From NCBI GenBank assembly GCA_965208615.1, contig CBDBPB010000007.1, positions 320,001 through 384,000 on the forward strand: a DNA stretch of 64,000 nt, given 5' to 3'. This document shows, one piece after another, positions 20,944 to 31,333 of this stretch. Under the pieces are notes generated by a model. That model was not told the origin of the DNA and ran no database searches. It saw only the letters and a list, made by a program, of their open reading frames with translations. This DNA is from Spirochaetota bacterium (lineage in GTDB: Bacteria > Spirochaetota > UBA6919 > CBDBPB01). How positions within the stretch are numbered: the stretch's first letter is position 1; every line of letters begins with the position of its first letter. The translations under genes were made by a program, and so were the position numbers.

Positions 20944-21981
20944 ATGAATAATCAAATTGATTTGCCATATTATCTTTATCTAAGCAGAATAAAAGGGCTG
21001 GGGCCTATAAAGTTTAACCGTATTTTAAAGGACAATAAAGCTCTTGAAATAGATATTAAAACTTTTTGTAAAATGATGGCTAATGGTAACGCTAAGGGAT
21101 ATAGCTATTTAAGCGAAGGTATAAAAAAGGATATAGCTAAATATGATAGCTATCTTTATGAAGAACAACAAGTAATAGATAATCTTAATAAAGAGTCAGT
21201 TTTTATAATTACTATTTTGGATAAACGTTATCCTAATTATCTTAGGATTAGTTTAGGATTATCAGCTCCGCCTATCCTTTATGTAAAAGGGAATATATCA
21301 CTATTGAAGAGAAAACAGATAGCTATTGTGGGGAGTAGAAAACATTCCAAGCTGGGAGGTGAGATATCATCTTTTGCCAGTAGGATTTTTACTTCATATA
21401 AATTTGTTATAACCAGCGGTAATGCTGATGGAATAGATAAACTTGCCCATTATTCTTGTTTAGAACACGGTGGATCAACTATTTTTGTTATTGGAAGTGG
21501 TATTCTACAATACTTAGAAGAGTTATACCTAAATGCTTTGTCTAAGAACATCCTTATAATATCTGAATTTTATCCTACTGCCAAATGTTATAAAGGTTAT
21601 CTTATGGCGAGGAATAAAACTATTTGTGGATTATCAAAGGCAGTTTTAGTTGTTGAAGCCTATGCTAATGGGGGAGCTTTTTATACAGGTAGCTATTCTC
21701 TTATGATGAATAAGCCAACTTTTGTAGTTGATTATTATAAGCGAGATATTTGTTATATGGGCAATAAAAGCCTTATTGACAAAGGAGCAACTTCTATAAC
21801 TTATAATAACATAAGTCAGATTTCAAATCAGCTCCATAGTGTAATCCAGGGTATTGTTAGTCTTAAGAAGTCTATAGAGCAGTATGAGTTTTTTACTGGG
21901 ATTAGTGATATAATTAAGTGGTATTTTAAAAATGATAGGCCTTTTCCTGTATTATCCTATGACATATTAAATAAGCTATAG
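20944..21981 (+). CDS. dprA: DNA-processing protein DprA/Smf
   Basis: YPNYL...PPILYVKGN, IAIVGSR, ITSGNADGIDKLAH, ISEF, ARNKTICGLS. Confidence 0.88.
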   Translation: MNNQIDLPYYLYLSRIKGLGPIKFNRILKDNKALEIDIKTFCKMMANGNAKGYSYLSEGIKKDIAKYDSYLYEEQQVIDNLNKESVFIITILDKRYPNYLRISLGLSAPPILYVKGNISLLKRKQIAIVGSRKHSKLGGEISSFASRIFTSYKFVITSGNADGIDKLAHYSCLEHGGSTIFVIGSGILQYLEELYLNALSKNILIISEFYPTAKCYKGYLMARNKTICGLSKAVLVVEAYANGGAFYTGSYSLMMNKPTFVVDYYKRDICYMGNKSLIDKGATSITYNNISQISNQLHSVIQGIVSLKKSIEQYEFFTGISDIIKWYFKNDRPFPVLSYDILNKL

Positions 21982-21985
21982 CAAT

Positions 21986-23050
21986 ATGAGGATTGTTCAA
22001 GTTATTACGCCCACTAGGGTATCTGGAGCAGAACGTTATATTCTTTTTTTATGTGAAGAGCTTATTAAAAGGGGTCATGACGTTACTGTGGTAGTAGAAA
22101 AGGGACAAAGGCTAATTGACTATTTAAAAAACCGTTTAAAAGTAGTTCCTCTTAGGATAGAGGGTAAGGCTAATGTTTTAGGTTATTTGAGGTTAAAAAA
22201 GCTTATTCATGTTTTAAGTCCTTCGATTATCCATACTCATTTAACAACTGCATCTTTTTTTGGAGGCTTAGTAGGTAAGGGTTTAAACATACCTGTGATA
22301 TCCACTGTTCATGCGATTAACTCTAAATGGCCTTATATTATGGCTGATAGGATGATTGCAGTATCAAATGCTGTGGGAAGGGATCTACTTAATCAAGGTA
22401 TTCCGGCTTATAAGCTGAGGATAAATCTTAATGGTATTCCTTTATCTCTTAAAAAGCTTAGCAGTGTTAGCAAGGATAAGCTAAAAGGCCTTTGGAACAT
22501 TCCTATAAGCAATTTTGTAATTGGGGTAGTAGCTCATTTTAGTCATAAGAAGGGTCATATTTATCTTTTTAGGGCATTATCCCTTTTGAAAAATAAGAAC
22601 ATAACTCTTTTTTTATTGGGAGAGGGTAGTCTTAAAAGCTCTCTTAAAAAGGTATGCCATAAACTATCTATAACAGAGCAGGTTATATTTGCTGATTTTC
22701 AGGATGATGTTAATAAGTTTTATAATCTATTTGACATAGTTGTTTTACCATCTATAAAGGGTGAGGGATTACCTTTATCAATTTTAGAGGCTCAAAATAA
22801 CGGTATTCCTGTAATATCGTCTTCTATTTCTGGTATATCTGAGGTTATTACATCTGGTAAGAATGGATATCTTGTTCCTCCTAAGGATGTTAGGAGTCTT
22901 AGTCATAGGATTAATAGTTTAATACATAATAACTCGACTAGAGAAAAGATGGGTCAAATAGGGCATAAAATAGTTTATGATAAGTTTGCTATTAATAGAA
23001 ATACAGATACTGTATTAGATATTTATAGGGAACTGGCTAAGGATATATAA
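21986..23050 (+). CDS. glycosyltransferase family 4
   Basis: SGAERY, IIHTH, KGH, VLPSIKGEGLPLSILEA, NGYLVPP. Confidence 0.92.
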   Translation: MRIVQVITPTRVSGAERYILFLCEELIKRGHDVTVVVEKGQRLIDYLKNRLKVVPLRIEGKANVLGYLRLKKLIHVLSPSIIHTHLTTASFFGGLVGKGLNIPVISTVHAINSKWPYIMADRMIAVSNAVGRDLLNQGIPAYKLRINLNGIPLSLKKLSSVSKDKLKGLWNIPISNFVIGVVAHFSHKKGHIYLFRALSLLKNKNITLFLLGEGSLKSSLKKVCHKLSITEQVIFADFQDDVNKFYNLFDIVVLPSIKGEGLPLSILEAQNNGIPVISSSISGISEVITSGKNGYLVPPKDVRSLSHRINSLIHNNSTREKMGQIGHKIVYDKFAINRNTDTVLDIYRELAKDI

Positions 23051-23059
23051 AAGGCTGTA

Positions 23060-24145
23060 CTATTTAACCTTAGATGGGATAAACGGGAGTTTAGTAGTTT
23101 TAGCACTATACATTTTTCCCCTAACGTTTATGTATATATCATTATCTATTTTAGCCTGTTCTTTATTTATTATACATAATCCTATACCTTTGTTTAGAGG
23201 AGGAGAAAAGCCTCCACTGGTTACTTTTCCAATAACCTTATCATTTTTTAATATTTCATATCCCCTTCGCGGTATGCCTATAGAACTCATAATAAAAGCA
23301 TAGGATTTCTTATTTATACCGGTTTCTTTTTGTTTTATTAGTATATCTTTTCCTATAAAGTCTTTGTCAAAGGATACACACCAAGTTTTACCCAATTCAA
23401 TAGGGCTATATCCATTTAGCTCATTGCTATATAGAGGGTATCCCATTTCTAGTCTTAGTATATCTCTGGAGGCTAGTCCACAGGGCATTATACCTAGTTC
23501 GGCACCTTCTAATAATATTCTATCCCAAATTATATTATTTAGTTTGCTGTCAAAGAGTAGTTCAACGCCTTTTTCTCCTGTATACCCTGTTCTGGATAGG
23601 ATAAGTTCACTATCCTTAAAATCTGTTTTTATGAAGGAGTAGTATTTAATATTTTTAATATTGTTTGGGAATAGTTTTTGACATAGATCAAAAGATTTGG
23701 GTCCTTGTAGTGCCAGAAAGCCTAATTTATTTGATATATCTTCAACCTGAATGTTATAATTTTGCTTGTGATTATTTATATGTTCTATTAGCTTGTCTGA
23801 CTGACCAGCATTCACTATTAATATGATTTTGTCTTTTAATAGATATACTAAAAGATCGTCTAGTATATAGCCTTTATTATCGCAGATAAAGGTATATAAT
23901 ATATCCCCGAAGTTTATTTTATTTAGGTTATTAGTAATTAGGTAGTCTGTAAATATTTTTTTATCTTGCCCGGTTATTATTATTTGTCCCATATGGTTAA
24001 TATCGAAAAGTCCGAGTCTTTCTCGTACAGCAGTATATTCTTCCATAATGCTTTTATACCATAAGGGCATTTTAAAGTCGGCAAATTCAGTCATTTTTGC
24101 GTTAAGATTTTTATGTTTTTTATATAAGGGAGTTTCTTTTGACAT
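23060..24145 (-). CDS. gcvT: glycine cleavage system aminomethyltransferase T
   Basis: TPLY, GLFDINHMG, LALQGP, SRTGYTGEKGVE, GLASRDILRLEMG, GKVTSG. Confidence 0.96.
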   Translation of the reverse strand: MSKETPLYKKHKNLNAKMTEFADFKMPLWYKSIMEEYTAVRERLGLFDINHMGQIIITGQDKKIFTDYLITNNLNKINFGDILYTFICDNKGYILDDLLVYLLKDKIILIVNAGQSDKLIEHINNHKQNYNIQVEDISNKLGFLALQGPKSFDLCQKLFPNNIKNIKYYSFIKTDFKDSELILSRTGYTGEKGVELLFDSKLNNIIWDRILLEGAELGIMPCGLASRDILRLEMGYPLYSNELNGYSPIELGKTWCVSFDKDFIGKDILIKQKETGINKKSYAFIMSSIGIPRRGYEILKNDKVIGKVTSGGFSPPLNKGIGLCIINKEQAKIDNDIYINVRGKMYSAKTTKLPFIPSKVK

Positions 24146-24177
24146 ATATTAGTTCTCCTATTGGTGTTGGCAAAAAG

Positions 24178-25254
24178 TTATTTTTTATCATATACTGTAT
24201 CACCTTCAATATTTGTATAGCCCCATAAATAATCTCTATTATTCATAGGATCATACTCTTTTTGTGATAATAAAAATGTCATATATAGGTTTTCGTAGTG
24301 AGTTCCTTTGGGAGGTTTTATGTTGAACATTTTAATCATTTTTTTAAAGGTTAATTTAACTGCATTATACTCCGGAGGTTTACCGGAGAATACAAACTTA
24401 AAGTTTTTTATTTTACCCTTTGGACTAACATCAAACCTAACCCTTACTGGAATTGAACCAGGTTTATAGCTACCTGAGAAAATAGACTTAATCGGATGCT
24501 GACCGTATGTATAGAACCAAGTAGTAGATATTTCATAAAACAGTTTGCTTATGTATTCGTAGCTAGTGAACTTATCAAAACTTTTTAATAGTAGATTTTG
24601 TTGATTTTCTGTATTAAGTTTTTGTTTAAAGTTAAAGTATTCACGTTTTTTACTGTGTAGATGGTTTTCAGAGCCTTTTTTATGTAGCATTTTCAGGTTG
24701 GTATTATCATTAATTCCTTTTAGTTTTTTAAAGTTTTCAAAGGTATTAGGTGGTTTGTCAATTAGCTTTGTTATAGGGTCATTTAGTATATTATTAGTTA
24801 TTTCATTATTAGGGATTTTAGTATTTTTTTTATTGACGGGGTATTTTTTAGTATTACTTTTAGGGTTTATGTTCTTTGTATTTTTAGGTTTAGTTGGGGG
24901 ATCTATTTTCTTTAGTCTTTTGTTATTGGGATTACTATGTATTTTTGTATTGTTTTGTTGTTTGGAATATAGTTTAGCTATATTATTATACTCTAGATCA
25001 TCTATGGTATTAACAACTATAGGGGTATTTGTTATATATTTTATTGGTATATTAGGGTTTATATAGGCAAAGAAAAAAAGGTGAATTACAACGGATAGGC
25101 CGGCATAAAATCTAAACTTTTTATTTTCTTTGAATAAAGATATAAGCCATATAAATATTAATATAAGCAGGACTAATACTATTACAACAAGGCTACTAAA
25201 TACTATATAATTAGTTAGGCTTAGTAACAGATTTTCTAAATAGTTCACTAACAA
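24178..25254 (-). CDS. hypothetical membrane-anchored protein, TonB/TolA-like architecture
   Basis: two N-terminal TM helices (SVVIH), Pro/Lys/Asn-rich linker, C-terminal VRVRFDVSPKGKI. Confidence 0.5.
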   Translation of the reverse strand: MLVNYLENLLLSLTNYIVFSSLVVIVLVLLILIFIWLISLFKENKKFRFYAGLSVVIHLFFFAYINPNIPIKYITNTPIVVNTIDDLEYNNIAKLYSKQQNNTKIHSNPNNKRLKKIDPPTKPKNTKNINPKSNTKKYPVNKKNTKIPNNEITNNILNDPITKLIDKPPNTFENFKKLKGINDNTNLKMLHKKGSENHLHSKKREYFNFKQKLNTENQQNLLLKSFDKFTSYEYISKLFYEISTTWFYTYGQHPIKSIFSGSYKPGSIPVRVRFDVSPKGKIKNFKFVFSGKPPEYNAVKLTFKKMIKMFNIKPPKGTHYENLYMTFLLSQKEYDPMNNRDYLWGYTNIEGDTVYDKK

Positions 25255-25378
25255 GGTTCCGATAAATAGGGTTAATATATAAGTTAAAAATAAAAGTTGT
25301 TTTTATAAAATATAGTGTTATTTGTTGGTTAATCAAGTACATTTACTATTTGTAAAGCGGATTTAATAAAGGGGATAT

Positions 25379-26005
25379 ATGAAAAAAACAGCTATAATAC
25401 TGATCACAATAGTTTTAATAATTAGTTATTATACTATTACAAGTTCCTCTAAGACTAAAGATCAAATGTATAAAAAAAATATAATAAACATATTAGAGTT
25501 AGCTAATAAGCATGTGGGGAAAAAGTTTAAGAGGTTCAAGCATAAAAATAGGTATTTTAGAAGTGATTGTTCTGGATTTATACAGTTTCTTTTTGGCACA
25601 CAAAATATTATAATAAGTGATTCTAGTATACCTTTAAAGTTTGGAAGCCAGACTGAGGGTATTTATTTATTTTCTAAGGCCTATTATCGTATACATAAAA
25701 ATAAGATTCCTAAAAAAGGTGATTTAATTTTCTTTCATAATACTTTTGACAGAAATAATGATAATAAGGTTAATGATTTGTTCACTCATATTGCCATTGT
25801 AGACTATATTAATTCTGATGGGACAATATATTATATACATAACATTAACAAAAGGATAGGGGTAAAAAGGGATAGGATGAACTTAATCTACCCCAATAGC
25901 AGGGCTAAAAACAGTTATATTAGGAATAGGAAGGCATATCCACATTATGCTGGTAAATATCTTAGTGGACAGTTATTTGCATTATTTGCTACTGTAAGGC
26001 CTTAA
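25379..26005 (+). CDS. NlpC/P60 (CHAP-like) cell-wall peptidase
   Basis: signal peptide; DCSGF, GDLIFF, THIAIV. Confidence 0.85.
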   Translation: MKKTAIILITIVLIISYYTITSSSKTKDQMYKKNIINILELANKHVGKKFKRFKHKNRYFRSDCSGFIQFLFGTQNIIISDSSIPLKFGSQTEGIYLFSKAYYRIHKNKIPKKGDLIFFHNTFDRNNDNKVNDLFTHIAIVDYINSDGTIYYIHNINKRIGVKRDRMNLIYPNSRAKNSYIRNRKAYPHYAGKYLSGQLFALFATVRP

Positions 26006-26014
26006 ACTAATGTA

Positions 26015-27190
26015 TTAGGTAGTTTTATGTATTTTATATTCCGTTATAATTTTTAGGTATAGTTCTTTTAGTGGTATTTTATTAGCCTTTGATAACACTT
26101 TTAACTCTTCATATTCGGGTTTATAGTTTACTATACTATTATTAAAATAGCTTTCTTTTATTGTTATTTGTCCAAAGGAGCTGTTAAATATTATATTTTC
26201 ACGTTTAAGTTCGTTTCTTTCAACGTGGATTTTTTTAAGTCCTATGCTAGACGTTTCAGTGTATAGTATTTCTATAACTTTATCCTCTAGATAAGGCTCA
26301 AGCAAAACAGAAAGTTTAATACCGCTTCTACCTTTTTTCATTGTAATGGGGTTAGTAAAGAATTCAAGAACGCCAATCTCAGTAAGCTTATCAGAGGTAA
26401 ATCCTATAACCTCAGGGCTCATATCATCAATATTACTTTCTATTAGCAGGAGGTTTTTTTTTATATTGGATTTATAATATTTTTCTCCTAGTACTATTCT
26501 TAGGATGTTAGCCAGCTCTCTTTTGATAGACCCTGCACCATAGCCTATTTTTTTAACTTTTATAGACGGATAATCTCCAACATTATTAACCCATGATTTA
26601 AGTATAGCCGCGGCAGTAGGAGTAATAAGCTCACCTTCTATATTAACCCCATAACACGGAAAGTCTTTTAGTATTTCAAGGCTTGCTGGAGCAGGTAAAG
26701 GAAGTTTACCATGACTAGAGTTTATAAAACCTCTGGAAAGGGGTAGGGGAGAGCATATAATTTTGGATAAGTTTAATGAATATAGGGCTAAAGTGGAGCC
26801 TACTATATCAATGATGGAGTCTATGGCTCCTACTTCGTGGAAGTGTATGTTATTTTTAGTGGTACCGTGTATTTTAGCTTCTGCTGATGCAAGTATGTTA
26901 AAAATATCGCTAGACTTATTTTTTACAAAGGGATTTAAATTCGATTTGTTAATAATGTTCAAAATGGAAGATAAATTTCTGTTATGACAATTGGTTTTGT
27001 ATGTTATATTAATCTTCCCGCTTTCGATGGTATTAACTTTTATAAGGGAGTAGTTAATTTTATAGTCATCAAGAGATAGTTTTTTTAATTCTTTTTTTAT
27101 CCAGTCGATATCTACTCCAAGGTGTATGAGTCCGCTTAGAATCATATCACCGCCTGCACCAGAAAAGGCATCAAAATATATAATAGACAT
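26015..27190 (-). CDS. larC: nickel pincer cofactor biosynthesis protein LarC
   Basis: YFDAFSGAGGDM, HFHEVGAIDSIIDI, HGKLPLPAPA, ELITPT, ESNIDDM, MKKGR, KPEYE. Confidence 0.95.
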   Translation of the reverse strand: MSIIYFDAFSGAGGDMILSGLIHLGVDIDWIKKELKKLSLDDYKINYSLIKVNTIESGKINITYKTNCHNRNLSSILNIINKSNLNPFVKNKSSDIFNILASAEAKIHGTTKNNIHFHEVGAIDSIIDIVGSTLALYSLNLSKIICSPLPLSRGFINSSHGKLPLPAPASLEILKDFPCYGVNIEGELITPTAAAILKSWVNNVGDYPSIKVKKIGYGAGSIKRELANILRIVLGEKYYKSNIKKNLLLIESNIDDMSPEVIGFTSDKLTEIGVLEFFTNPITMKKGRSGIKLSVLLEPYLEDKVIEILYTETSSIGLKKIHVERNELKRENIIFNSSFGQITIKESYFNNSIVNYKPEYEELKVLSKANKIPLKELYLKIITEYKIHKTT

Positions 27191-27373
27191 ATTGCACCAG
27201 TTTAGATTTCTTTATTTTTTTGATTAAGTTTATTTATAAGAGATAGAACGAAAGTTAACAAATTATATATTTATTAAAAAGGCTTATTTGTTTTATTATT
27301 TATAGTATCTATTTCAAATTGACAAAATTTATCATTTTCAATTTTTTAATATTTAGCCCAATATTATAGTAAT

Positions 27374-28126
27374 CTATCCCATACCTTTGCAAATGGCAGA
27401 AGCCGAATATGCCGCACCAAAACCATTATCAATATTCACAGTGAGAACTGTAGGACTACAACTATTTAGCATGGTCAGTAGTGCAGATAATCCACCAAAG
27501 TTAGCCCCATAACCTATGCTGGTAGGAACAGCTATAACAGGTTTATTTACTAATCCTGCGACTACACTGGCTAAGGCACCTTCCATACCGGCTACTACAA
27601 TTATAACACTTGCCTTATCCAAAAGCTTTTTTTTGTCTAATAGTCTATGTATTCCGGCAACTCCAACGTCAATAAGCTTGGTAACAGTATTCCCAAGGAT
27701 ATTGGCGGTAACAAAAGCCTCTTCCACTACGGGTAAGTCAGCAGTTCCAGCGGATACAATGAGAATCATAGCTTTATTTTTTTTAATGGGATTTAGCTCT
27801 AGAGTACACATTTTAGCTGTTTCATGGTGGATAAATCGTGAATCTAATTGGATTAGACTTTTAGCAGTCTTTTTTGTAATTCTCGTTGCAATTATATTAC
27901 TGGATTTTTGCAAAAAAGTTTTTGCAATATTGACTACTTGCTCATCTTTTTTACCTTTACAGTAAATAACCTCTGGTAGGCCTGTTCTTAATTCTCTATG
28001 ATGGTCGATTTTTGCATAGCCAATATCCTCATACGGCAGGTTCTTTAAAAGGCTAACTCCCGCTTCAACAGACAGAGACTTAGAACTAATAGAGTTTAGG
28101 ATATCTCTTAGCCGAGATTCATTCAT
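27374..28126 (-). CDS. larB: nickel pincer cofactor biosynthesis protein LarB
   Basis: AKIDHHRELRTGLPEVIYC, SAGTADLPV, DVGVAGIHRL, VAGMEGAL, VNIDNGFGAA. Confidence 0.96.
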   Translation of the reverse strand: MNESRLRDILNSISSKSLSVEAGVSLLKNLPYEDIGYAKIDHHRELRTGLPEVIYCKGKKDEQVVNIAKTFLQKSSNIIATRITKKTAKSLIQLDSRFIHHETAKMCTLELNPIKKNKAMILIVSAGTADLPVVEEAFVTANILGNTVTKLIDVGVAGIHRLLDKKKLLDKASVIIVVAGMEGALASVVAGLVNKPVIAVPTSIGYGANFGGLSALLTMLNSCSPTVLTVNIDNGFGAAYSASAICKGMG

Positions 28127-28129
28127 AAT

Positions 28130-29287
28130 TTAGAATGCAGTATTTAAAATATTATATAGATCATCCTTGGATACAGGTCTTGGTAAGTTTTGCATAAAGC
28201 CATATCCTTTTGCAATTTTTGCTACTTGCATAAAGTTATCTTTTTCAATATTTAATTCACTTAATCTATTTGGAGTCCTTAACTCAGAAAGAAGTTTACG
28301 TATTATTTCTATTGCCTTAATAGCGGCTTCTACAACTGTAATAGAGGTAACCTCTTCTCCAAAAGATTTTGCAATGTTAACATATTTAGTAGCACAAGAC
28401 GTTAAATTAAACTCTAATACATGGGGTAAAAGGATACTAGAGGATAAACCTTGATATAGCCCATAAACAGAGTTTAAAGCAGATGTTAAACTATAGGTAG
28501 CACCAAAACCGCTATTATTAACAGCTATAGATGTAATAATACTACTAGTACAAATGGGACTTTTAAAGCTTACGTTTTCAGGATCTTGTATAGACTTAAT
28601 TAGATTGGCATTTAATAGTTCCACTGCCTTAAGAGCAAGGGCCTCTGCTATTACTGTAACAGACTTGGATATTAATGCCTCTACAGCTAAAGAGAGCAGT
28701 TTAATGCCCATATAGGCACTTACCTTGCCAGATACAAATATTGTTAATCTAGGGTCAAATAAAACAAGGTCTGCGTAGTTATAGGGAGTTTCTACTGATT
28801 TTTTAATGAGATCAAATTTATCAAGAACATAAAATGAATTAGTTAGACCAGGTACAAAACCATAACTAGTAGGGACTTCAATATATGCAATGTTCTTTTT
28901 TGTAGCTTTACGACCTAAAAAATATTCTTCTAATTTACCGCCGTTAGATACAATAAATGATATAGCCTTTGCAATTTCTAGAGTAGTTGTTCCTCCGAAG
29001 CCAACAATGACATCACACTTAGCGTGTCTTGCTTGATCTGCGCCTCTATTGACTATATCGCTATTGGAACTGGTTTGTGAAGTGGAATATACCTGATTAT
29101 ATAATAATACACCATAAGTTTCTTCTTCAATGAGTTTTTTAATTCGTCCGAGATAGCCGGTTTCTTGGCCTACCTGAGCATCAGATACTAAAAAAACTCT
29201 TGATCCATATTTTTTGGTTATTTCTCCAATTCGTTCAATAACCCCTTCACCGAAAACTACTTTAGTTGATACAGAGAATTCAAACAT
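28130..29287 (-). CDS. iron-containing alcohol dehydrogenase family protein with degenerate metal ligands
   Basis: KVVFGEG, CDVIVGFGG, IEVPT, DPRLT, LPHVLEFN; canonical His/Asp ligands absent. Confidence 0.85.
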   Translation of the reverse strand: MFEFSVSTKVVFGEGVIERIGEITKKYGSRVFLVSDAQVGQETGYLGRIKKLIEEETYGVLLYNQVYSTSQTSSNSDIVNRGADQARHAKCDVIVGFGGTTTLEIAKAISFIVSNGGKLEEYFLGRKATKKNIAYIEVPTSYGFVPGLTNSFYVLDKFDLIKKSVETPYNYADLVLFDPRLTIFVSGKVSAYMGIKLLSLAVEALISKSVTVIAEALALKAVELLNANLIKSIQDPENVSFKSPICTSSIITSIAVNNSGFGATYSLTSALNSVYGLYQGLSSSILLPHVLEFNLTSCATKYVNIAKSFGEEVTSITVVEAAIKAIEIIRKLLSELRTPNRLSELNIEKDNFMQVAKIAKGYGFMQNLPRPVSKDDLYNILNTAF

Positions 29288-29326
29288 TAAATATTCCCTT
29301 ATTTTTTAGCAATTATGATTAATAAT

Positions 29327-29638
29327 TTAGATAGATTTAATTTTAACGCCAAATGGAGGCTTTAATAGTTTTTCTGCTAACTCATCATAGTTAACATTTT
29401 TTAGATAACTATTATCTTTAAGTTTTTCTTTTACTTCTTTTACTTTATTAAGTCGAACGTCTGGAATATTTTCAAATATTTGTTTGATGCGTTCATCAGC
29501 ACCTTCTCTAGACTTTCTAAGAGCTAATTTAGATAAGCTAACCTGATCATTATTTGTAATTTGTGAAGTTTGCTTTATATTAAAGTTTTTTTTAGGTTTA
29601 AATATTCTCTCGATGAGTCCTATTTTTGCTATATTCAT
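29327..29638 (-). CDS. flgM: anti-sigma28 factor FlgM
   Basis: DQVSLS...IPDVRLNKVKEVKEKL...Y...LAEKLL; sigma28 promoter upstream. Confidence 0.85.
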   Translation of the reverse strand: MNIAKIGLIERIFKPKKNFNIKQTSQITNNDQVSLSKLALRKSREGADERIKQIFENIPDVRLNKVKEVKEKLKDNSYLKNVNYDELAEKLLKPPFGVKIKSI

Positions 29639-29786
29639 TTTTTACCCTCTATTACATACTAGTAATGAATTAAAATTGATATATAATTCAAAACAAAAAG
29701 CAAACAAATAAAACTAGTATAATTTTAATATATTTAAAACTATACTCTTAAATAACATTTTACATTTTTTATTATAGTAGTATAAT

Positions 29787-29813
29787 TTATCGACTTTATA
29801 TAAATATTCTTTA
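29787..29813 (-). promoter_or_regulatory. sigma28 (FliA) promoter of flgM
   Basis: minus strand TAAA-N15-GTCGATAA versus consensus TAAA-N15-GCCGATAA. Confidence 0.8.
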
Positions 29814-29819
29814 CTAACT

Positions 29820-30506
29820 TTAAAGAGTATTATCAATTAAAATGGTATATTCTCCTTTTATTTTTATTGTATTTTTTTGTTCATAGAGCTCTATAGCTGT
29901 TCCACGATATATTTCTTCGAATTGTTTTGTTAACTCTCTGGCGATTACAATATTATTTTTTGGATAAATTTTTGCAATTTCTTCTATTAATTTTAGCATT
30001 CTATGTGGTGATTCGTATAAAATAATTACTCCTTCATAAGTTAAGAGGCTGGATAACTTCTTTAGTCTTTTATTTTTTTTTGTAGAAAGAAACCCTATAA
30101 ACTGAAAAGAGTTACTAGGCGTACCACCAATAGATAATAGTGTTAATAATGCTGATGGACCTGGGATTGGAATTACTTTAATTCCCTCACTAACCGCATG
30201 GGATATCAATAAACTTCCAGGATCAGATATACACGGTGTTCCTCTATCGCTTACCAGGGCTAATTCTTTATTATTTTTTAGCATATTTATAATTTTTACA
30301 ACTACTCTTTTTTCGTTATAGGAGTGATAAGAAAATAGTGGTTTTTTTATATTATAATGGTTTAGCAATTTTATAGTATTTCTTTTATCCTCGCATAAGA
30401 TTACATCAACCTCGGATAGGGTTTTAACAGCCCTATAAGTTATATCCTCTAAATTACCTATTGGAGTAGCTACTACATATAGATTACCAGCCATATATTT
30501 TACCAT
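29820..30506 (-). CDS. rsmI: 16S rRNA (cytidine1402-2'-O)-methyltransferase
   Basis: LYVVATPIGNLEDIT, ALVSDRGTPCISDPG, PIPGPSA, YESPHR, ARELTK. Confidence 0.96.
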   Translation of the reverse strand: MVKYMAGNLYVVATPIGNLEDITYRAVKTLSEVDVILCEDKRNTIKLLNHYNIKKPLFSYHSYNEKRVVVKIINMLKNNKELALVSDRGTPCISDPGSLLISHAVSEGIKVIPIPGPSALLTLLSIGGTPSNSFQFIGFLSTKKNKRLKKLSSLLTYEGVIILYESPHRMLKLIEEIAKIYPKNNIVIARELTKQFEEIYRGTAIELYEQKNTIKIKGEYTILIDNTL

Positions 30507-30509
30507 TTT

Positions 30510-31262
30510 TTATTTTTTTTTAATTAGTTGCCATTTAACGGCCTTAGCAAAGTCAGTCTTTTCTAGGATAGTGTTATACTTGTCTACTATAATTTTGCCG
30601 TTATATTTTTTAGTATAATTTGAGGTTTCAAATATTCGTATAGGCATTTTTTTTTTATTTAAGCTATAGGAGCTTTTTTTTTCAAATACTATTCTTTCTT
30701 CTTCTACGCCCAAGGTTATGATATTAAAAAACTTATAAGAGGCGGCATCACCTATTTCTTTAAGGTAATGTCTTATTAGGTATTGTTCAACCAAATATGA
30801 GTATATACCATTAGGAGCCCTTATTCTGGACTTTACATCATTTTCTTTAATATAAAAGTATGGGGCATTATAAAAGCCAGAACGAATGGATAGCTTTGGA
30901 GTATCAGATTTATCAGTGAGTTTGTTTATGGTGCTATTAAATGTATACAGTTTAAATTGGCTGTTTGTTACTGAGCTAGTCTTAATTTTCAAAAACTCTA
31001 TTTTGTTATAATTTTTAGATTTCCATTCCATATTTAAAATTGACTCTTTATGATAAAGAATTACATTATTTTTTTTATAACTGTGAACGTTAATCTCTAC
31101 GGTGCCGATTTGTTTTTTATTTTCTTGATTTATTAAAGCATATACGTTATGGAAAGACGGTATAAGGTTAATATTAGTTGATTTAATCTTAATATTTATA
31201 CTTTCTTTTGTGCAGGAGAATAGCAGAATAAATGAGAGAACGACTATAATTATTTGATGCAT
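30510..31262 (-). CDS. hypothetical lipoprotein
   Basis: signal peptide with LLFSC lipobox; 250-aa ORF. Confidence 0.65.
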   Translation of the reverse strand: MHQIIIVVLSFILLFSCTKESINIKIKSTNINLIPSFHNVYALINQENKKQIGTVEINVHSYKKNNVILYHKESILNMEWKSKNYNKIEFLKIKTSSVTNSQFKLYTFNSTINKLTDKSDTPKLSIRSGFYNAPYFYIKENDVKSRIRAPNGIYSYLVEQYLIRHYLKEIGDAASYKFFNIITLGVEEERIVFEKKSSYSLNKKKMPIRIFETSNYTKKYNGKIIVDKYNTILEKTDFAKAVKWQLIKKK

Positions 31263-31333
31263 GACATCCTTATCCCTTATAGCTAATTTATTATATTAGG
31301 CTATTATAAAAAGTCTTTTTTACGTAAAACACT

